Source of the DNA: Escherichia coli | GTDB lineage: Bacteria; Pseudomonadota; Gammaproteobacteria; Enterobacterales; Enterobacteriaceae | Assembly (NCBI RefSeq): GCF_030384885.1 | Contig: NZ_CP128613.1 | DNA: 64,000 nucleotides | Strand: one strand, 5' to 3' | Shown here: in pieces, positions 26,626-39,967 of the stretch | Numbering within the stretch: position 1 is the first letter of the stretch | How the letters are laid out: every line of letters begins with the position of its first letter | Notes under the pieces: generated by a model | Databases searched by the model: none | Told to the model about the DNA's origin: nothing | The model's input: only the letters and a program-made list of their open reading frames with translations | Translations under genes and position numbers: made by a program

Positions 26626-27672
26626 ATGAGTCAGAAAAATTTTGTGGAACTGCGCAACGTCACTAAACGATTCGGCAGTAATACGGTTATCGACAATATC
26701 AATCTCACCATCCCACAAGGGCAAATGGTGACGCTGCTCGGTCCTTCCGGATGCGGCAAAACCACCATTCTGCGTCTGGTTGCCGGGCTGGAAAAACCGA
26801 GCGAAGGGCAAATTTTTATAGATGGCGAAGATGTCACGCATCGTTCCATTCAGCAACGCGATATCTGCATGGTGTTTCAGTCATACGCTCTGTTCCCACA
26901 TATGTCGCTGGGCGAAAACGTTGGCTATGGGTTGAAAATGCTTGGCGTGTCGCGTAGTGAAGTGAAGCAGCGGGTGAAAGATGCGCTAGCAATGGTGGAT
27001 CTGGAAGGATTCGAAGACCGCTATGTCGACCAGATTTCCGGTGGTCAGCAACAGCGTGTGGCTCTGGCCCGTGCGTTGATCCTTAAGCCTAAAGTGCTGC
27101 TGTTTGATGAGCCGTTAAGTAACCTCGATGCCAACCTGCGTCGCAGCATGCGCGATAAAATCCGCGAGCTGCAAAAGCAATTTAACATCACTTCGCTCTA
27201 TGTGACTCACGATCAAAGTGAAGCTTTCGCGGTGTCCGACACCGTGTTGGTGATGAATAAAGGTCACATCATGCAAATTGGCTCGCCGCAGGATCTCTAT
27301 CGTCAGCCCGCCTCCCGCTTTATGGCAAGTTTTATGGGCGACGCCAACCTGTTCCCGGCGAACTTTAGCGAAGAGTATGTCGATATCTACGGTTATCGCC
27401 TGCCGCGCGCGGCGCATTTCCCGGCGCAAGGTAGCGGCACCGTCGGCGTTCGCCCGGAAGCCATCACCTTAAGCAATCACGGCGAAGAGAGTCAGCGTTG
27501 TGTTATTCGCCATGTCGCCTACATGGGGCCGCAGTACGAAGTGACCGTAGAATGGCATGGTCAGGAGATTTTATTGCAAGTCAACGCCACCCGTTTACAG
27601 CCCGATATTGGTGAACACTATTACCTCGAAATCCATCCTTACGGGATGTTTGTTTTAGCGGATGCGGCATAA
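26626..27672 (+). CDS. afuC: ABC transporter ATP-binding protein, AfuC/FbpC family
   Basis: Start [11 protein letters not shown] with GGAG 7 nt upstream; Walker [10 protein letters not shown]; signature [13 protein letters not shown]; Walker B LLFDEP. Confidence 0.85.
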   Translation: MSQKNFVELRNVTKRFGSNTVIDNINLTIPQGQMVTLLGPSGCGKTTILRLVAGLEKPSEGQIFIDGEDVTHRSIQQRDICMVFQSYALFPHMSLGENVGYGLKMLGVSRSEVKQRVKDALAMVDLEGFEDRYVDQISGGQQQRVALARALILKPKVLLFDEPLSNLDANLRRSMRDKIRELQKQFNITSLYVTHDQSEAFAVSDTVLVMNKGHIMQIGSPQDLYRQPASRFMASFMGDANLFPANFSEEYVDIYGYRLPRAAHFPAQGSGTVGVRPEAITLSNHGEESQRCVIRHVAYMGPQYEVTVEWHGQEILLQVNATRLQPDIGEHYYLEIHPYGMFVLADAA

Positions 27673-27754
27673 AAATAGCACATAAACGGTCCCAACCTGT
27701 CTTGAGAGACCGTTCACCTGTTTAGACGTCGGACAACAATTATTCTCCGGTGTT

Positions 27755-27807
27755 ATATACTATAGGGGGGTATGCATTGACATATGGCATACCCCCCTAT
27801 AGTATAT
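27755..27807. promoter_or_regulatory. FrmR operator: 21-bp inverted repeat with G6/C6 tracts
   Basis: ATATACTATAGGGGGGTATGC - 11 bp - GCATACCCCCCTATAGTATAT, ending 25 bp upstream of the frmR start. Confidence 0.6.
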
Positions 27808-27831
27808 TGCGTGCAGATGATGAGGTGCGAA

Positions 27832-28107
27832 ATGCCCAGTACTCCGGAAGAGAAGAAAAAGGTCCTTACTCGAGTTCGTCGTATTCGGGGGCAAATTGAT
27901 GCTCTGGAACGGTCGCTGGAGGGTGATGCCGAATGCCGTGCCATACTCCAACAGATCGCTGCCGTTCGGGGCGCGGCTAACGGGCTGATGGCAGAAGTGC
28001 TTGAAAGCCATATCCGGGAAACGTTTGACCGAAATGACTGCTACAGCCGCGAAGTCAGCCAATCCGTTGACGACACTATTGAACTGGTTCGTGCCTATCT
28101 TAAATAG
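27832..28107 (+). CDS. frmR: Formaldehyde-responsive repressor FrmR (RcnR/CsoR family)
   Basis: ORF 27784-28107; start [27 protein letters not shown] at 27832; 91 aa. Confidence 0.9.
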
Positions 28108-28111
28108 CTGA

Positions 28112-29251
<1,140 letters not shown>

Positions 29252-29343
29252 TTTCCCGCTGATTTCGCCCCGTCCAGTTCAGACGGGGTTCTCAATACCG
29301 TCCCCGGGCAGCCGTCCGGGGATTAACCATGAGATAATGACTG

Positions 29344-30177
29344 ATGGAACTCATTGAAAAACATGCCAGCTTTGGCGGCTGGCAAAATGTGTATCGGCAT
29401 TATTCCCAATCACTGAAATGTGAAATGAATGTCGGCGTCTATCTCCCACCAAAAGCCGGGAATGAAAAATTGCCGGTACTGTACTGGCTTTCGGGCCTGA
29501 CCTGTAACGAGCAGAATTTCATTACTAAATCGGGGATGCAACGTTACGCGGCTGAGCACAACATTATTGTTGTTGCGCCAGACACCAGTCCGCGAGGCAG
29601 TCATGTCGCAGATGCCGACCGTTACGATCTCGGGCAAGGTGCCGGGTTTTACCTGAACGCAACGCAAGCGCCGTGGAATGAACATTACAAAATGTATGAT
29701 TATATCCACAACGAGTTGCCGGATTTAGTGATGCAACATTTTCCGGCAACGACCAGAAAGTCTATCTCAGGTCATTCTATGGGCGGGCTGGGCGCGCTGG
29801 TGCTGGCGTTACGTAACCCAGATGAATATGTCAGCGTCTCGGCGTTTTCGCCCATTGTCTCCCCATCGCAAGTACCGTGGGGACAGCAAGCCTTTGCCGC
29901 ATATCTTGGTGAAAATAAAGATGCCTGGTTGGATTACGATCCGGTTAGCCTTATTTCACAAGGTCAACGCGTTGCGGAAATCATGGTTGATCAAGGATTG
30001 AGTGATGATTTTTACGCAGAACAGCTGCGGACTCCAAATCTTGAAAAGATCTGCCAGGAGATGAATATCAAAACGTTAATCCGTTATCACGAGGGTTATG
30101 ATCACAGCTATTATTTTGTCTCCAGTTTTATTGGCGAGCATATTGCCTACCACGCCAATAAACTGAATATGCGTTGA
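29344..30177 (+). CDS. frmB: S-formylglutathione hydrolase
   Basis: 277 aa; esterase motif GHSMGG. Confidence 0.95.
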   Translation: MELIEKHASFGGWQNVYRHYSQSLKCEMNVGVYLPPKAGNEKLPVLYWLSGLTCNEQNFITKSGMQRYAAEHNIIVVAPDTSPRGSHVADADRYDLGQGAGFYLNATQAPWNEHYKMYDYIHNELPDLVMQHFPATTRKSISGHSMGGLGALVLALRNPDEYVSVSAFSPIVSPSQVPWGQQAFAAYLGENKDAWLDYDPVSLISQGQRVAEIMVDQGLSDDFYAEQLRTPNLEKICQEMNIKTLIRYHEGYDHSYYFVSSFIGEHIAYHANKLNMR

Positions 30178-30184
30178 GCATCCG

Positions 30185-30392
30185 CGCACGCCAGCCGGAT
30201 GCGGCGTGAACGCCTTATCCGCCTACATTTCGCCCATAAACCGTAGGCATGATAAGACGCGCATAGCGTCGCATCAGGCATCTGCGCACAACTGCCGGAT
30301 GCGGCGTGAACGCCTTATCCGGCCTACATTTCGCCCATGAGCCGTAGGCATGATAAGACGCGCAAAGCATCGCATCAGGCATCTGTGCACGG
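30185..30392. repeat. REP/BIME cluster, two tandem units
   Basis: Duplicated about 100-bp unit with GCCGGATGCGGCGTGAACGCCTTATCCGGCCTAC-type palindromes between frmB and yaiL. Confidence 0.8.
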
Positions 30393-30403
30393 CTTATCGA
30401 TGA

Positions 30404-30943
30404 TTACCACATCAAATCATCAGGCACTTTAAAGTCGGCATACGGATCGTCTTCATCCTGCTCTTCGGCGCTGAGCGCGCTGTGCAACACAATACTGCTG
30501 GCGTCACGCTGAGCAATTTTATCGGCAACGCTGGCGGGAATAATGGCGTATTCACCTTCGCTATTGTTATCGATCTGCAAACGTGCAATCGCCAGACGAC
30601 CATTAATCAACTGCGTTTGCGTGAGCTTATCGACAAAAATCTTCTTAATCAGATTGCCATCGGTAAAGTTAAAACCGATATCGCCATTGGCAATGGTGAT
30701 CCGGTTCATTTCAATAAGCTGCTTCACCTGAGCTTTATATTCTTTCGCCAGTGCCGCTTGTTTTTGCTGCTCGCTAAGCTGTTTATCACGCTCAAGCTGT
30801 GCCTTTTTATTTTCTTCTACCGCCGCCCGAGCCTCACGCGCCTGAACGCGCGATTTTTTCGCCGTTCTCTCGACCTTCGCCGCTTTTTTGCTGGTGACTA
30901 ATCCTGCTTTGAGCAACTGCTCTTGTAAGGTAAGTTTTGCCAT
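30404..30943 (-). CDS. yaiL: DUF2058-family protein YaiL
   Basis: ORF 30404-30955; start MAKLTLQEQLLKAGLV at 30943; lysine/glutamine-rich. Confidence 0.85.
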   Translation of the reverse strand: MAKLTLQEQLLKAGLVTSKKAAKVERTAKKSRVQAREARAAVEENKKAQLERDKQLSEQQKQAALAKEYKAQVKQLIEMNRITIANGDIGFNFTDGNLIKKIFVDKLTQTQLINGRLAIARLQIDNNSEGEYAIIPASVADKIAQRDASSIVLHSALSAEEQDEDDPYADFKVPDDLMW

Positions 30944-31044
30944 CTTTGTTTCCAAACCCGCTGAATAATTTTTAGCGAGTATACCTGTAAACGCCGTAGG
31001 TGTATTGGGGGCAAGTCCCTTTCGCCCCTACCTAATAAGGCGCG

Positions 31045-32256
31045 TCAGGCATCGGCGCACGGCTGCATTCGTGATCTCCGGCTCATCAAAATAAACACTG
31101 CCAGGCCAGCAACAAAAATACCCGGCGCTGAAGCGGCCATTACGCCAACCGTGCCAGTACCTAATGCCAGCATTTTCCCGGCCAGTAACGGACCGCTCAT
31201 AGCCCCCAGACGCCCTACCGCCACGGCGGTTCCCACGCCGGTTGCGCGGATCTGCGAACTGTAAAACAACGGAGCCAATGCATACAAAACGCTTTGCCCA
31301 CCTGTTGCAAACAACCCTGCGACGAATCCCGCCAGCAACATACCGTTAAATGATGACACTGTTCCCAGCGCTAACAGCGAAGCTAACATACCGCTATAAA
31401 TCAGTAGCGACATGATCATTGGACGCAGTTTATCCATCAGTGCGCCCAATATTAACGTCCCGCTTGCCGCCCCCATTTGTAGTGCAAACATCACCCCTGC
31501 CGCCTGCGATGGCTGGAATCCTTGTTCCACTAAAAGCAGCGGTAGCCAGTTGATCAACATGTAGACCACCAGCAAAGTGAAGAAATAACACAACCACAGC
31601 AGCAGCGTTGCGGTTGCCGTGTCGGGCGCAAATAACGCACGCAGCGGCGGCGCAGCCTGTTTTTCGCCAGCGAACACCGCCGACTCCGGCAGCCAGCGCA
31701 TTAACAGTGGCACCAGAATCAACGGCACCACACCACCTACCCAAAACACCGTTTGCCAGGCTAAGTTTGCCCCTGCAAAACCCAGTGTCGCCGCCAGCGC
31801 CGCGCCAATGGGAACCCCGCAATACATCAGGCTCACCGCCGTTCCACGAAAACGTGGCCCCGCCGCTTCAGACGTCAGGGCGATAAGATTCGGCAACGCC
31901 GCCCCCAGCCCGACACCGGTCATCAGCCGCGCAAAGACCAGTGAGGGGAAATCCCAGGCAATAGCCGTTGCCAGCGAGAACAAACCAAACAGCGCAACTG
32001 AACCAATCAAAATGCGTTTACGACCATAACGGTCCGCCAGCATTCCGCCAACCAGCGCGCCGGGTAGCAAACCGAGTATTCCGGCACTGAATATCCAGCC
32101 CATTTGCATTTTATCGAGTGCAAAAGCCTGGGCGATGCCACCCGCCGCAATGCCAGCCGCCTGAAGATCCAGTCCTTCCATCAGAGCGACTAAAAAACAA
32201 AGCCCGATGGTCAGCATCAGGCGGGATGAAGATGATGAAGGGGTACGAGTCGACAT
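31045..32256 (-). CDS. mhpT: 3-(3-hydroxyphenyl)propionate MFS transporter
   Basis: ORF 31045-32325; start MSTRTPSSSSSRLMLTIGLCFLVALMEG at 32256; about 403 aa. Confidence 0.9.
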   Translation of the reverse strand: MSTRTPSSSSSRLMLTIGLCFLVALMEGLDLQAAGIAAGGIAQAFALDKMQMGWIFSAGILGLLPGALVGGMLADRYGRKRILIGSVALFGLFSLATAIAWDFPSLVFARLMTGVGLGAALPNLIALTSEAAGPRFRGTAVSLMYCGVPIGAALAATLGFAGANLAWQTVFWVGGVVPLILVPLLMRWLPESAVFAGEKQAAPPLRALFAPDTATATLLLWLCYFFTLLVVYMLINWLPLLLVEQGFQPSQAAGVMFALQMGAASGTLILGALMDKLRPMIMSLLIYSGMLASLLALGTVSSFNGMLLAGFVAGLFATGGQSVLYALAPLFYSSQIRATGVGTAVAVGRLGAMSGPLLAGKMLALGTGTVGVMAASAPGIFVAGLAVFILMSRRSRMQPCADA

Positions 32257-32334
32257 AAGATGAACCTCGTTGCGAATGCAGGTGAATCGCGGCTGATACA
32301 TTGCCAGCCGCGTAATCAAAACCATTTAATGACT

Positions 32335-32535
32335 GCCTACGGACGAAAGTAGGCCGGATAAGGCGTTTATGCCGCATCCGGCAGTCGTGCACAGATGCCT
32401 GATGCGACGCTGACGCGTCTTATCATGCCTACAAATTCCCGCGCCATCCGTAGGCCGGATAAGGCGTTTATGCCGCATCCGGCAGTCGTGCGCCATTGCC
32501 TGATGCGACGCTGACGCGTCTTATCAGGCCTGGGA
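32335..32535. repeat. REP/BIME cluster, two tandem units
   Basis: Repeated GGCCGGATAAGGCGTTTATGCCGCATCCGGCAGTCGTGC ... GCCTGATGCGACGCTGACGCGTCTTATCA units between mhpT and mhpE. Confidence 0.8.
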
Positions 32536-32564
32536 TGGGTATACAAAATGCACGTTGCCAGCAG

Positions 32565-33580
32565 TCAACATGATTTGTTGTTGCACAGATCCAGCGCCAC
32601 GTCGACGATCATATCCTCCTGGCCGCCGACCATCCGGCGTTTACCCAGCTCAACGAGAATATCCACCGCGCTTAAACCATAACGCGCCGCCGCCGTTTCA
32701 CAGTGACGCAAAAAGCTTGAGTAAACACCAGCGTATCCCAGCGCCAGCGTTTCGCGGTCGACACGTACCGGACGATCCTGCAACGGACGCACCAGGTCGT
32801 CAGCGGCATCCATTAACGCATAGAGATCGGTCCCATGCTGCCAGCCCAGTTTATCCGCGGCGGCAATAAACACTTCCAGCGGTGCGTTACCTGCACCCGC
32901 GCCCATCCCCGCGAGGCTGGCGTCAATGCGGTCACAGCCCTCTTCCACCGCCGCGATAGAGTTCGCCACGCCAAGACTCAAGTTATGGTGAGCATGCATG
33001 CCGGTTTGCGTTTCCGGTTTCAGCACCGCTTTCAGGGCGCGGAAACGGTCACGGATATCGCTCATGTTCATCGCACCGCCAGAATCCACCACATAAATAC
33101 AGGTCGCACCGTAGCCTTCCATCAGCTTTGCCTGTTTTGCGAGATTCTCTGGCGTGGTCATGTGGCTCATCATCAGAAAGCCAACGGTATCCATTCCGAG
33201 TTCGCGGGCATACTGAATATGCTGAGCGGAAACATCAGCTTCGGTGCAGTGCGTAGCCACACGAACCACCCGCGCGCCAGCCTGCCAGGCATTTTTCAGA
33301 TCGTGAATAGTGCCAATTCCTGGCAGCAATAACGTCGCGATTTTGGCGTGCTTCACCACATCCGCCGCTGCTTCAATCCATTCAAGGTCGCTATGCGCAC
33401 CGAAACCATAGTTAAAGCTGGAACCCTGCAAACCATCGCCGTGGGCCACTTCAATCGAATCCACGCGGGCATCATCCAGTGCTTTGGCAATCTGGCGAAC
33501 ATTTTCAAGTGAATACTGATGACGAATGGCGTGCATACCGTCACGCAACGTGACGTCTGAAATATAAAGTTTTTTACCGT

Positions 33581-33584
<4 letters not shown>
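32565..33584 (-). CDS. mhpE: 4-hydroxy-2-oxovalerate aldolase
   Basis: 339 aa; DRE_TIM-type aldolase, [19 protein letters not shown] start; overlaps the mhpF stop. Confidence 0.95.
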
Positions 33585-35346
<1,762 letters not shown>

Positions 35347-36213
35347 TTAAGGACGTGCGAGGAAATTCAGCACCAGTTGATTGAAAGCGTCGGCATGTTC
35401 CCACTGAGCCCAGTGACCACAGTCGCGGAAGATATGCAGCTCAGAACCGGCGATGCCAGAAAGCAGACGCAGCCCTGCATCCATCGGCACAAAACGGTCG
35501 TTACGCCCCCAGACAATCAGAGTTTGCGCTTTGATTTCCGTCAGACGTGGGCCAAAATCCGGGAACTGTTTCGGATTGGCTTCCAGGCTCTTAACGAAGT
35601 TTTCCAGGTGATCGCGGCGCGACAGCATATTATTCAGGCGCGCTTCAAACAGGGCGTCGGTCAAATCGCTGGTATCGAAAACGAAGATATCCATCATCAG
35701 CTTCAGATTTTCGATAGTCGGCTGGCGATAAAGCTGATTCAGTCGCTTAATGCCTTCAGTTGGCATCGGCGTAAACAAACTCATGCCACCTGTACCGCCG
35801 CCCATCAGCACCAGTTTGCCGACGCGCTCCGGCCAGTTAAGGGTGAACGCCACAGAACTGTGGCCGCCCATCGAGTTGCCCAGCAGGTGGATTTTGGCGA
35901 TATCCAGTTGATCCACCACGCTTTTCAGGATGCGCGCATTGAGATCCGATCGCGAACCACTGTTAACGATCGAATCGCTCTTACCCCAACCAGGACAATC
36001 CAGCAGGATCACCCGATAACCAGCTTCTACCAGCGGATCGATATTGCGGCTGAAGTTCGCCCAGCCCGTAGCCCCCGGGCCGGAGCCGTGCAGCAGGACA
36101 ACGGTTTCGTCGCCTTGACCGCAGTCATTAAAATGGATGCGCAGCGTTTTACCCGCTTCTTCTACATTCAGAAAACGGCTGGTGGCGGCTTCGGTTTGTG
36201 GCTGATAACTCAT
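35347..36213 (-). CDS. mhpC: 2-hydroxy-6-ketonona-2,4-dienedioate hydrolase (alpha/beta hydrolase)
   Basis: ORF 35347-36276; start [14 protein letters not shown] at 36213 avoids overlap with mhpB; nucleophile elbow GNSMGG. Confidence 0.9.
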   Translation of the reverse strand: MSYQPQTEAATSRFLNVEEAGKTLRIHFNDCGQGDETVVLLHGSGPGATGWANFSRNIDPLVEAGYRVILLDCPGWGKSDSIVNSGSRSDLNARILKSVVDQLDIAKIHLLGNSMGGHSSVAFTLNWPERVGKLVLMGGGTGGMSLFTPMPTEGIKRLNQLYRQPTIENLKLMMDIFVFDTSDLTDALFEARLNNMLSRRDHLENFVKSLEANPKQFPDFGPRLTEIKAQTLIVWGRNDRFVPMDAGLRLLSGIAGSELHIFRDCGHWAQWEHADAFNQLVLNFLARP

Positions 36214-36230
36214 CATCTTCTCCTGCATAT

Positions 36231-37175
36231 TCAGTTCTCTGTTCTGGCGCTTAACGAGCCAAATCCGGCAATCCACTCCGGGATCGGGCGGTAATAACGC
36301 CCTTCGCTACGCCAGTTGCCAAACGCAGAAATAGCGGCAAAAGCAGCGACCCAGGTTTTGATTTCATGTGTCGACTTTCCTGCAATGGCGGAAAGCTCTT
36401 CGTTACTGACGGCATCCAGTTCCTGTATGCGTCCCTGCTCCAGCAAAGACATGAACTGGTTATCCCAAATCGGGTTGAGCGGATGCAGAGTTCTCTGATC
36501 CTCAACAAACCTCTCAGCGGCGCTAATCACCCGTTGCTGGCGCATTTCGCGCTCATTGGCGGGCAAATCTTTCCCGCTACCCAACAGACGATCGCGCATA
36601 TGGGCATCCGCTTTCGCCAGTTCTGGCACCGGCGGCTGATGGGAAAGCCCACCGGAACCCAGGAACAGCACGCGCTTATTCAGCGTGCTGGTGAAACGTC
36701 CAATGGCTTCACCCAACATGCGGGTACGCTGAAAACCAGGTAGCGGCGTGGCGACACCGTTGATGAATACAGGCAGGACCGGCACCTTATCCAGCCCACC
36801 GAGCAAGAACTCCAGCGGCTGGGCGAACCCATGATCCACCTGCATACAGTAAGAAACGGCAAGATCAATCCCGCTCTTCATGACGGCATGCGCACAAGCC
36901 TCCGCCAACTCCACAGGCACAGGAAGCTCTCCTGCCGCACTGCCGAAATCGCCAATTGCCGTCGCCCCAACGCCTAAACAGAAGGGTGGCATCACGTCAT
37001 AGAAAAAACCGTTGTAATGATCTGGCGCAAACAGCACCACCAGTTCAGGGGAGAAGGCCGCAATACGCTCGCGGGCACTGGCAATCACGCCATTGACCTC
37101 ATCGAGTATCTCTTGCGCCGGGTCGACATACCCTACCAGCGGCGAGTGGGAAAGACAGTGAAGATAAGCGTGCAT
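36231..37175 (-). CDS. mhpB: 3-(2,3-dihydroxyphenyl)propionate 1,2-dioxygenase (extradiol)
   Basis: 314 aa; start overlaps the mhpA stop. Confidence 0.95.
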   Translation of the reverse strand: MHAYLHCLSHSPLVGYVDPAQEILDEVNGVIASARERIAAFSPELVVLFAPDHYNGFFYDVMPPFCLGVGATAIGDFGSAAGELPVPVELAEACAHAVMKSGIDLAVSYCMQVDHGFAQPLEFLLGGLDKVPVLPVFINGVATPLPGFQRTRMLGEAIGRFTSTLNKRVLFLGSGGLSHQPPVPELAKADAHMRDRLLGSGKDLPANEREMRQQRVISAAERFVEDQRTLHPLNPIWDNQFMSLLEQGRIQELDAVSNEELSAIAGKSTHEIKTWVAAFAAISAFGNWRSEGRYYRPIPEWIAGFGSLSARTEN

Positions 37176-37176
37176 A

Positions 37177-38841
37177 TCAGGCTACCTTTTCGACAGAAAC
37201 GTCGACATCAGGGCGGTTGAGTGTCATCACGGACGCCAGTTTATTCAGCGTATTACCCAGAGTTTGCGGAATGGCGATGGCGGCAACAAAGCGATCCGGG
37301 CGCATCACCACCAGCGAAGCATTATGTTGTGCGAACCAGCTACGCAGGCGACCTTGCGTATCGCCCACGCGCAGCACGCCGGCGTGGTTATCCTGCGCGG
37401 TATGAATTTGCACATCCGGCACCACCTGAATGAAGCGAGTACCCAGCGCGCGCCATTGCTGGATTTGCTCATCGCTCATCCCCCACAGTGGATTGCATCC
37501 CCAGCCAATTACCGCGAAGTTCGCGCCGATCGCGTTATCGAGCAACGTCACGTCGCCGTTTTCCAGCGTAACTTTCGGCTGAATAAACATCTTGCCGACC
37601 GGAGAGTGTTTCGCTTCGCCTTCACGCACCAGCGCACCGGCGTAATATTGCGGCATCGGCTTGAAGCGCATTTCGAGAAAGTAGCGTTTTACTGGCGGCA
37701 GATAATTCAGCAGCCAGGAAACACCGTCACGTAACGTACCCTGCCAGCGTTTCGGCGGAGCCAGTACGTTGCCCGCCGTCACCGACAGATCAATCATCGC
37801 TTTGGCGTGATCGCGACGTTCTTGTTGATAGGTATCGAGCAGCGCATCGCGAGCTTTCCCCTGGATAACCAACGCCAGTTTCCAGGCGAGGTTAAAGGCG
37901 TCGCGCATACCACTGTTATAGCCCTGCCCCTGCCACACCGGCATGATATGTGCGGCATCGCCCGCCAGCAGTACGCGGTCAATACGAAAACGTTGTGCCA
38001 GTCGCGCGTTGTGGGTGTAGACACGCTGGCGAATCAACTCGACGTTGTCCGGATTAGGCAGCACTTTGCTTAACAGCTTGCGCATATTTTGCGGCTCGCG
38101 GAGCTGTTCTTCGGTTTCGCCCGGCATCACCATAAATTCAAAGCGACGTACCGCATGAGGCAGAGCCGCAGAAACATACGGGCGCACCGGATCGCAACAC
38201 AAATAGATATGCGGCGTACTTAACGGATCGTTGGCGATATCCACCACAATCCACTGATTTGGTGCGGTTTTACCTTCAAACGGCACATTCAGGGTGCGCC
38301 GGACAAAACTTGATCCACCGTCACAGGCTACCAGCCACTGGGCTTTGACCGTTTCCCGCTGCCCTTCTGCCGTTTTCAGATACAAGGTCACTTCGTCATC
38401 TTGCTGGCTGAAGGCCTCCAGCTCGCGGGAAAACAGGCAGCGCACATTCGGAAACCGCGACAACCCTTCCAGCATCACCGCATCGACCTGCGGCTGAATA
38501 AAGGCGTTACGACGCGGCCAGCCAAATTCATCGGTCATTGGCTGAATATCAGCAAAACAGCGGCCTTTTGGGGTAAGAAAACGCATCGCATGCCACGGCG
38601 TAGTGTGCGGCAGAACATTATCGACAAGGTCAACCGACTGCATGGTGCGCAGCGCCTCGTCATCAATTCCAATCGCGCGTGGATAGTCGATCAACTTATC
38701 GAGTTTCTCCACCACCAGCACGTCAATGCCCATCTGGCCGAGATAGTTCGCCATCATCAGCCCGACCGGACCGGCACCAGCGATCGCCACCTGAACGCAA
38801 TGGTTAACAGCAGGCTGGATGTCAGGGTGTTGTATTGCCAT
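37177..38841 (-). CDS. mhpA: 3-(3-hydroxyphenyl)propionate hydroxylase (FAD monooxygenase)
   Basis: 554 aa; N-terminal FAD fold [17 protein letters not shown]. Confidence 0.95.
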   Translation of the reverse strand: MAIQHPDIQPAVNHCVQVAIAGAGPVGLMMANYLGQMGIDVLVVEKLDKLIDYPRAIGIDDEALRTMQSVDLVDNVLPHTTPWHAMRFLTPKGRCFADIQPMTDEFGWPRRNAFIQPQVDAVMLEGLSRFPNVRCLFSRELEAFSQQDDEVTLYLKTAEGQRETVKAQWLVACDGGSSFVRRTLNVPFEGKTAPNQWIVVDIANDPLSTPHIYLCCDPVRPYVSAALPHAVRRFEFMVMPGETEEQLREPQNMRKLLSKVLPNPDNVELIRQRVYTHNARLAQRFRIDRVLLAGDAAHIMPVWQGQGYNSGMRDAFNLAWKLALVIQGKARDALLDTYQQERRDHAKAMIDLSVTAGNVLAPPKRWQGTLRDGVSWLLNYLPPVKRYFLEMRFKPMPQYYAGALVREGEAKHSPVGKMFIQPKVTLENGDVTLLDNAIGANFAVIGWGCNPLWGMSDEQIQQWRALGTRFIQVVPDVQIHTAQDNHAGVLRVGDTQGRLRSWFAQHNASLVVMRPDRFVAAIAIPQTLGNTLNKLASVMTLNRPDVDVSVEKVA

Positions 38842-38982
38842 TTCAGTACCTCACGACTCGGACAAAATGCCGTTGCGCGCACAGTTCAACGCAACTTATT
38901 TTGTTAAAAACATGTAAATGATTTTTTATTGTGCGCTCAGTATAGGAAGGGTGTTTTCGGCTACAATCAAAACATGCCTGAG

Positions 38983-38999
38983 TGTGCACCAAGTGCACA
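38983..38999. promoter_or_regulatory. Perfect 17-bp palindrome in the mhpR/mhpA divergent region, candidate MhpR operator
   Basis: TGTGCACCAAGTGCACA lies between the mhpA start (38841) and the mhpR start (39032). Confidence 0.5.
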
Positions 39000-39031
39000 A
39001 CGTTGTTTTAACTATAGAAATGTCAATTAAT

Positions 39032-39865
39032 ATGCAGAAAGATGTGCAGACGGAATACAAAACCGTGCGCGGCTTAACCCGCGGTCTAATGTTATTAAAT
39101 ATGTTAAATAAACTCGATGGCGGTGCCAGCGTCGGGCTGCTGGCGGAGCTCAGCGGCCTGCATCGCACCACTGTGCGGCGACTGCTGGAAACGCTGCAGG
39201 AAGAGGGATATGTCCGGCGCAGTACCTCCGATGACAGTTTTCGTCTGACCATCAAAGTGCGGCAATTAAGCGAAGGATTTCGTGACGAACAATGGATTTC
39301 TGCACTGGCAGCCCCGCTACTGGGCGATCTGTTGCGCGAAGTGGTATGGCCGACAGATGTGTCCACGCTGGATGTTGATGCAATGGTGGTACGCGAAACC
39401 ACCCACCGTTTCAGCCGTTTATCTTTTCACCGGGCAATGGTCGGACGGCGTTTACCGCTCCTGAAAACCGCCTCGGGACTGACCTGGCTGGCCTTTTGCC
39501 CGGAACAAGAACGCAAGGAGTTAATCGAAATGTTAGCCGCCCGCCCCGGTGATGACTATCAACTGGCACGGGAACCGTTAAAGCTGGAAGCCATTCTGGC
39601 GCGCGCACGCAAAGAGGGTTACGGACAGAACTACCGTGGCTGGGATCAGGAAGAGAAGATCGCCTCCATTGCCGTGCCCCTACGCAGTGAACAACGGGTG
39701 ATTGGCTGTCTGAATCTGGTGTATATGGCAAGCGCAATGACCATCGAACAGGCAGCGGAAAAGCATCTTCCGGCGCTACAACGGGTAGCAAAACAGATCG
39801 AAGAAGGGGTTGAATCGCAGGCTATTCTGGTGGCCGGACGGCGAAGCGGCGTGCATTTACGCTAG
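39032..39865 (+). CDS. mhpR: IclR-family activator of the mhp operon
   Basis: ORF 38918-39865; start MQKDVQTEYKTVRGLTRGLMLLNML at 39032; 277 aa. Confidence 0.9.
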   Translation: MQKDVQTEYKTVRGLTRGLMLLNMLNKLDGGASVGLLAELSGLHRTTVRRLLETLQEEGYVRRSTSDDSFRLTIKVRQLSEGFRDEQWISALAAPLLGDLLREVVWPTDVSTLDVDAMVVRETTHRFSRLSFHRAMVGRRLPLLKTASGLTWLAFCPEQERKELIEMLAARPGDDYQLAREPLKLEAILARARKEGYGQNYRGWDQEEKIASIAVPLRSEQRVIGCLNLVYMASAMTIEQAAEKHLPALQRVAKQIEEGVESQAILVAGRRSGVHLR

Positions 39866-39967
39866 TTGCGCCAATGTGTAATTTGGCCCATTTTCATCGT
39901 TATTCGCCCATTTGCCCACATGCACAGTACGGGCTGCACGCTACGCTAATGCCATCAATACTGTGAT

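Noticed and set aside
32565-32600. Apparent difference in the MhpE C-terminus (...[11 protein letters not shown]) from the K-12 ending I half-remember
   Set aside because: I cannot reliably recall the K-12 C-terminal residues; needs an alignment before being called a variant.
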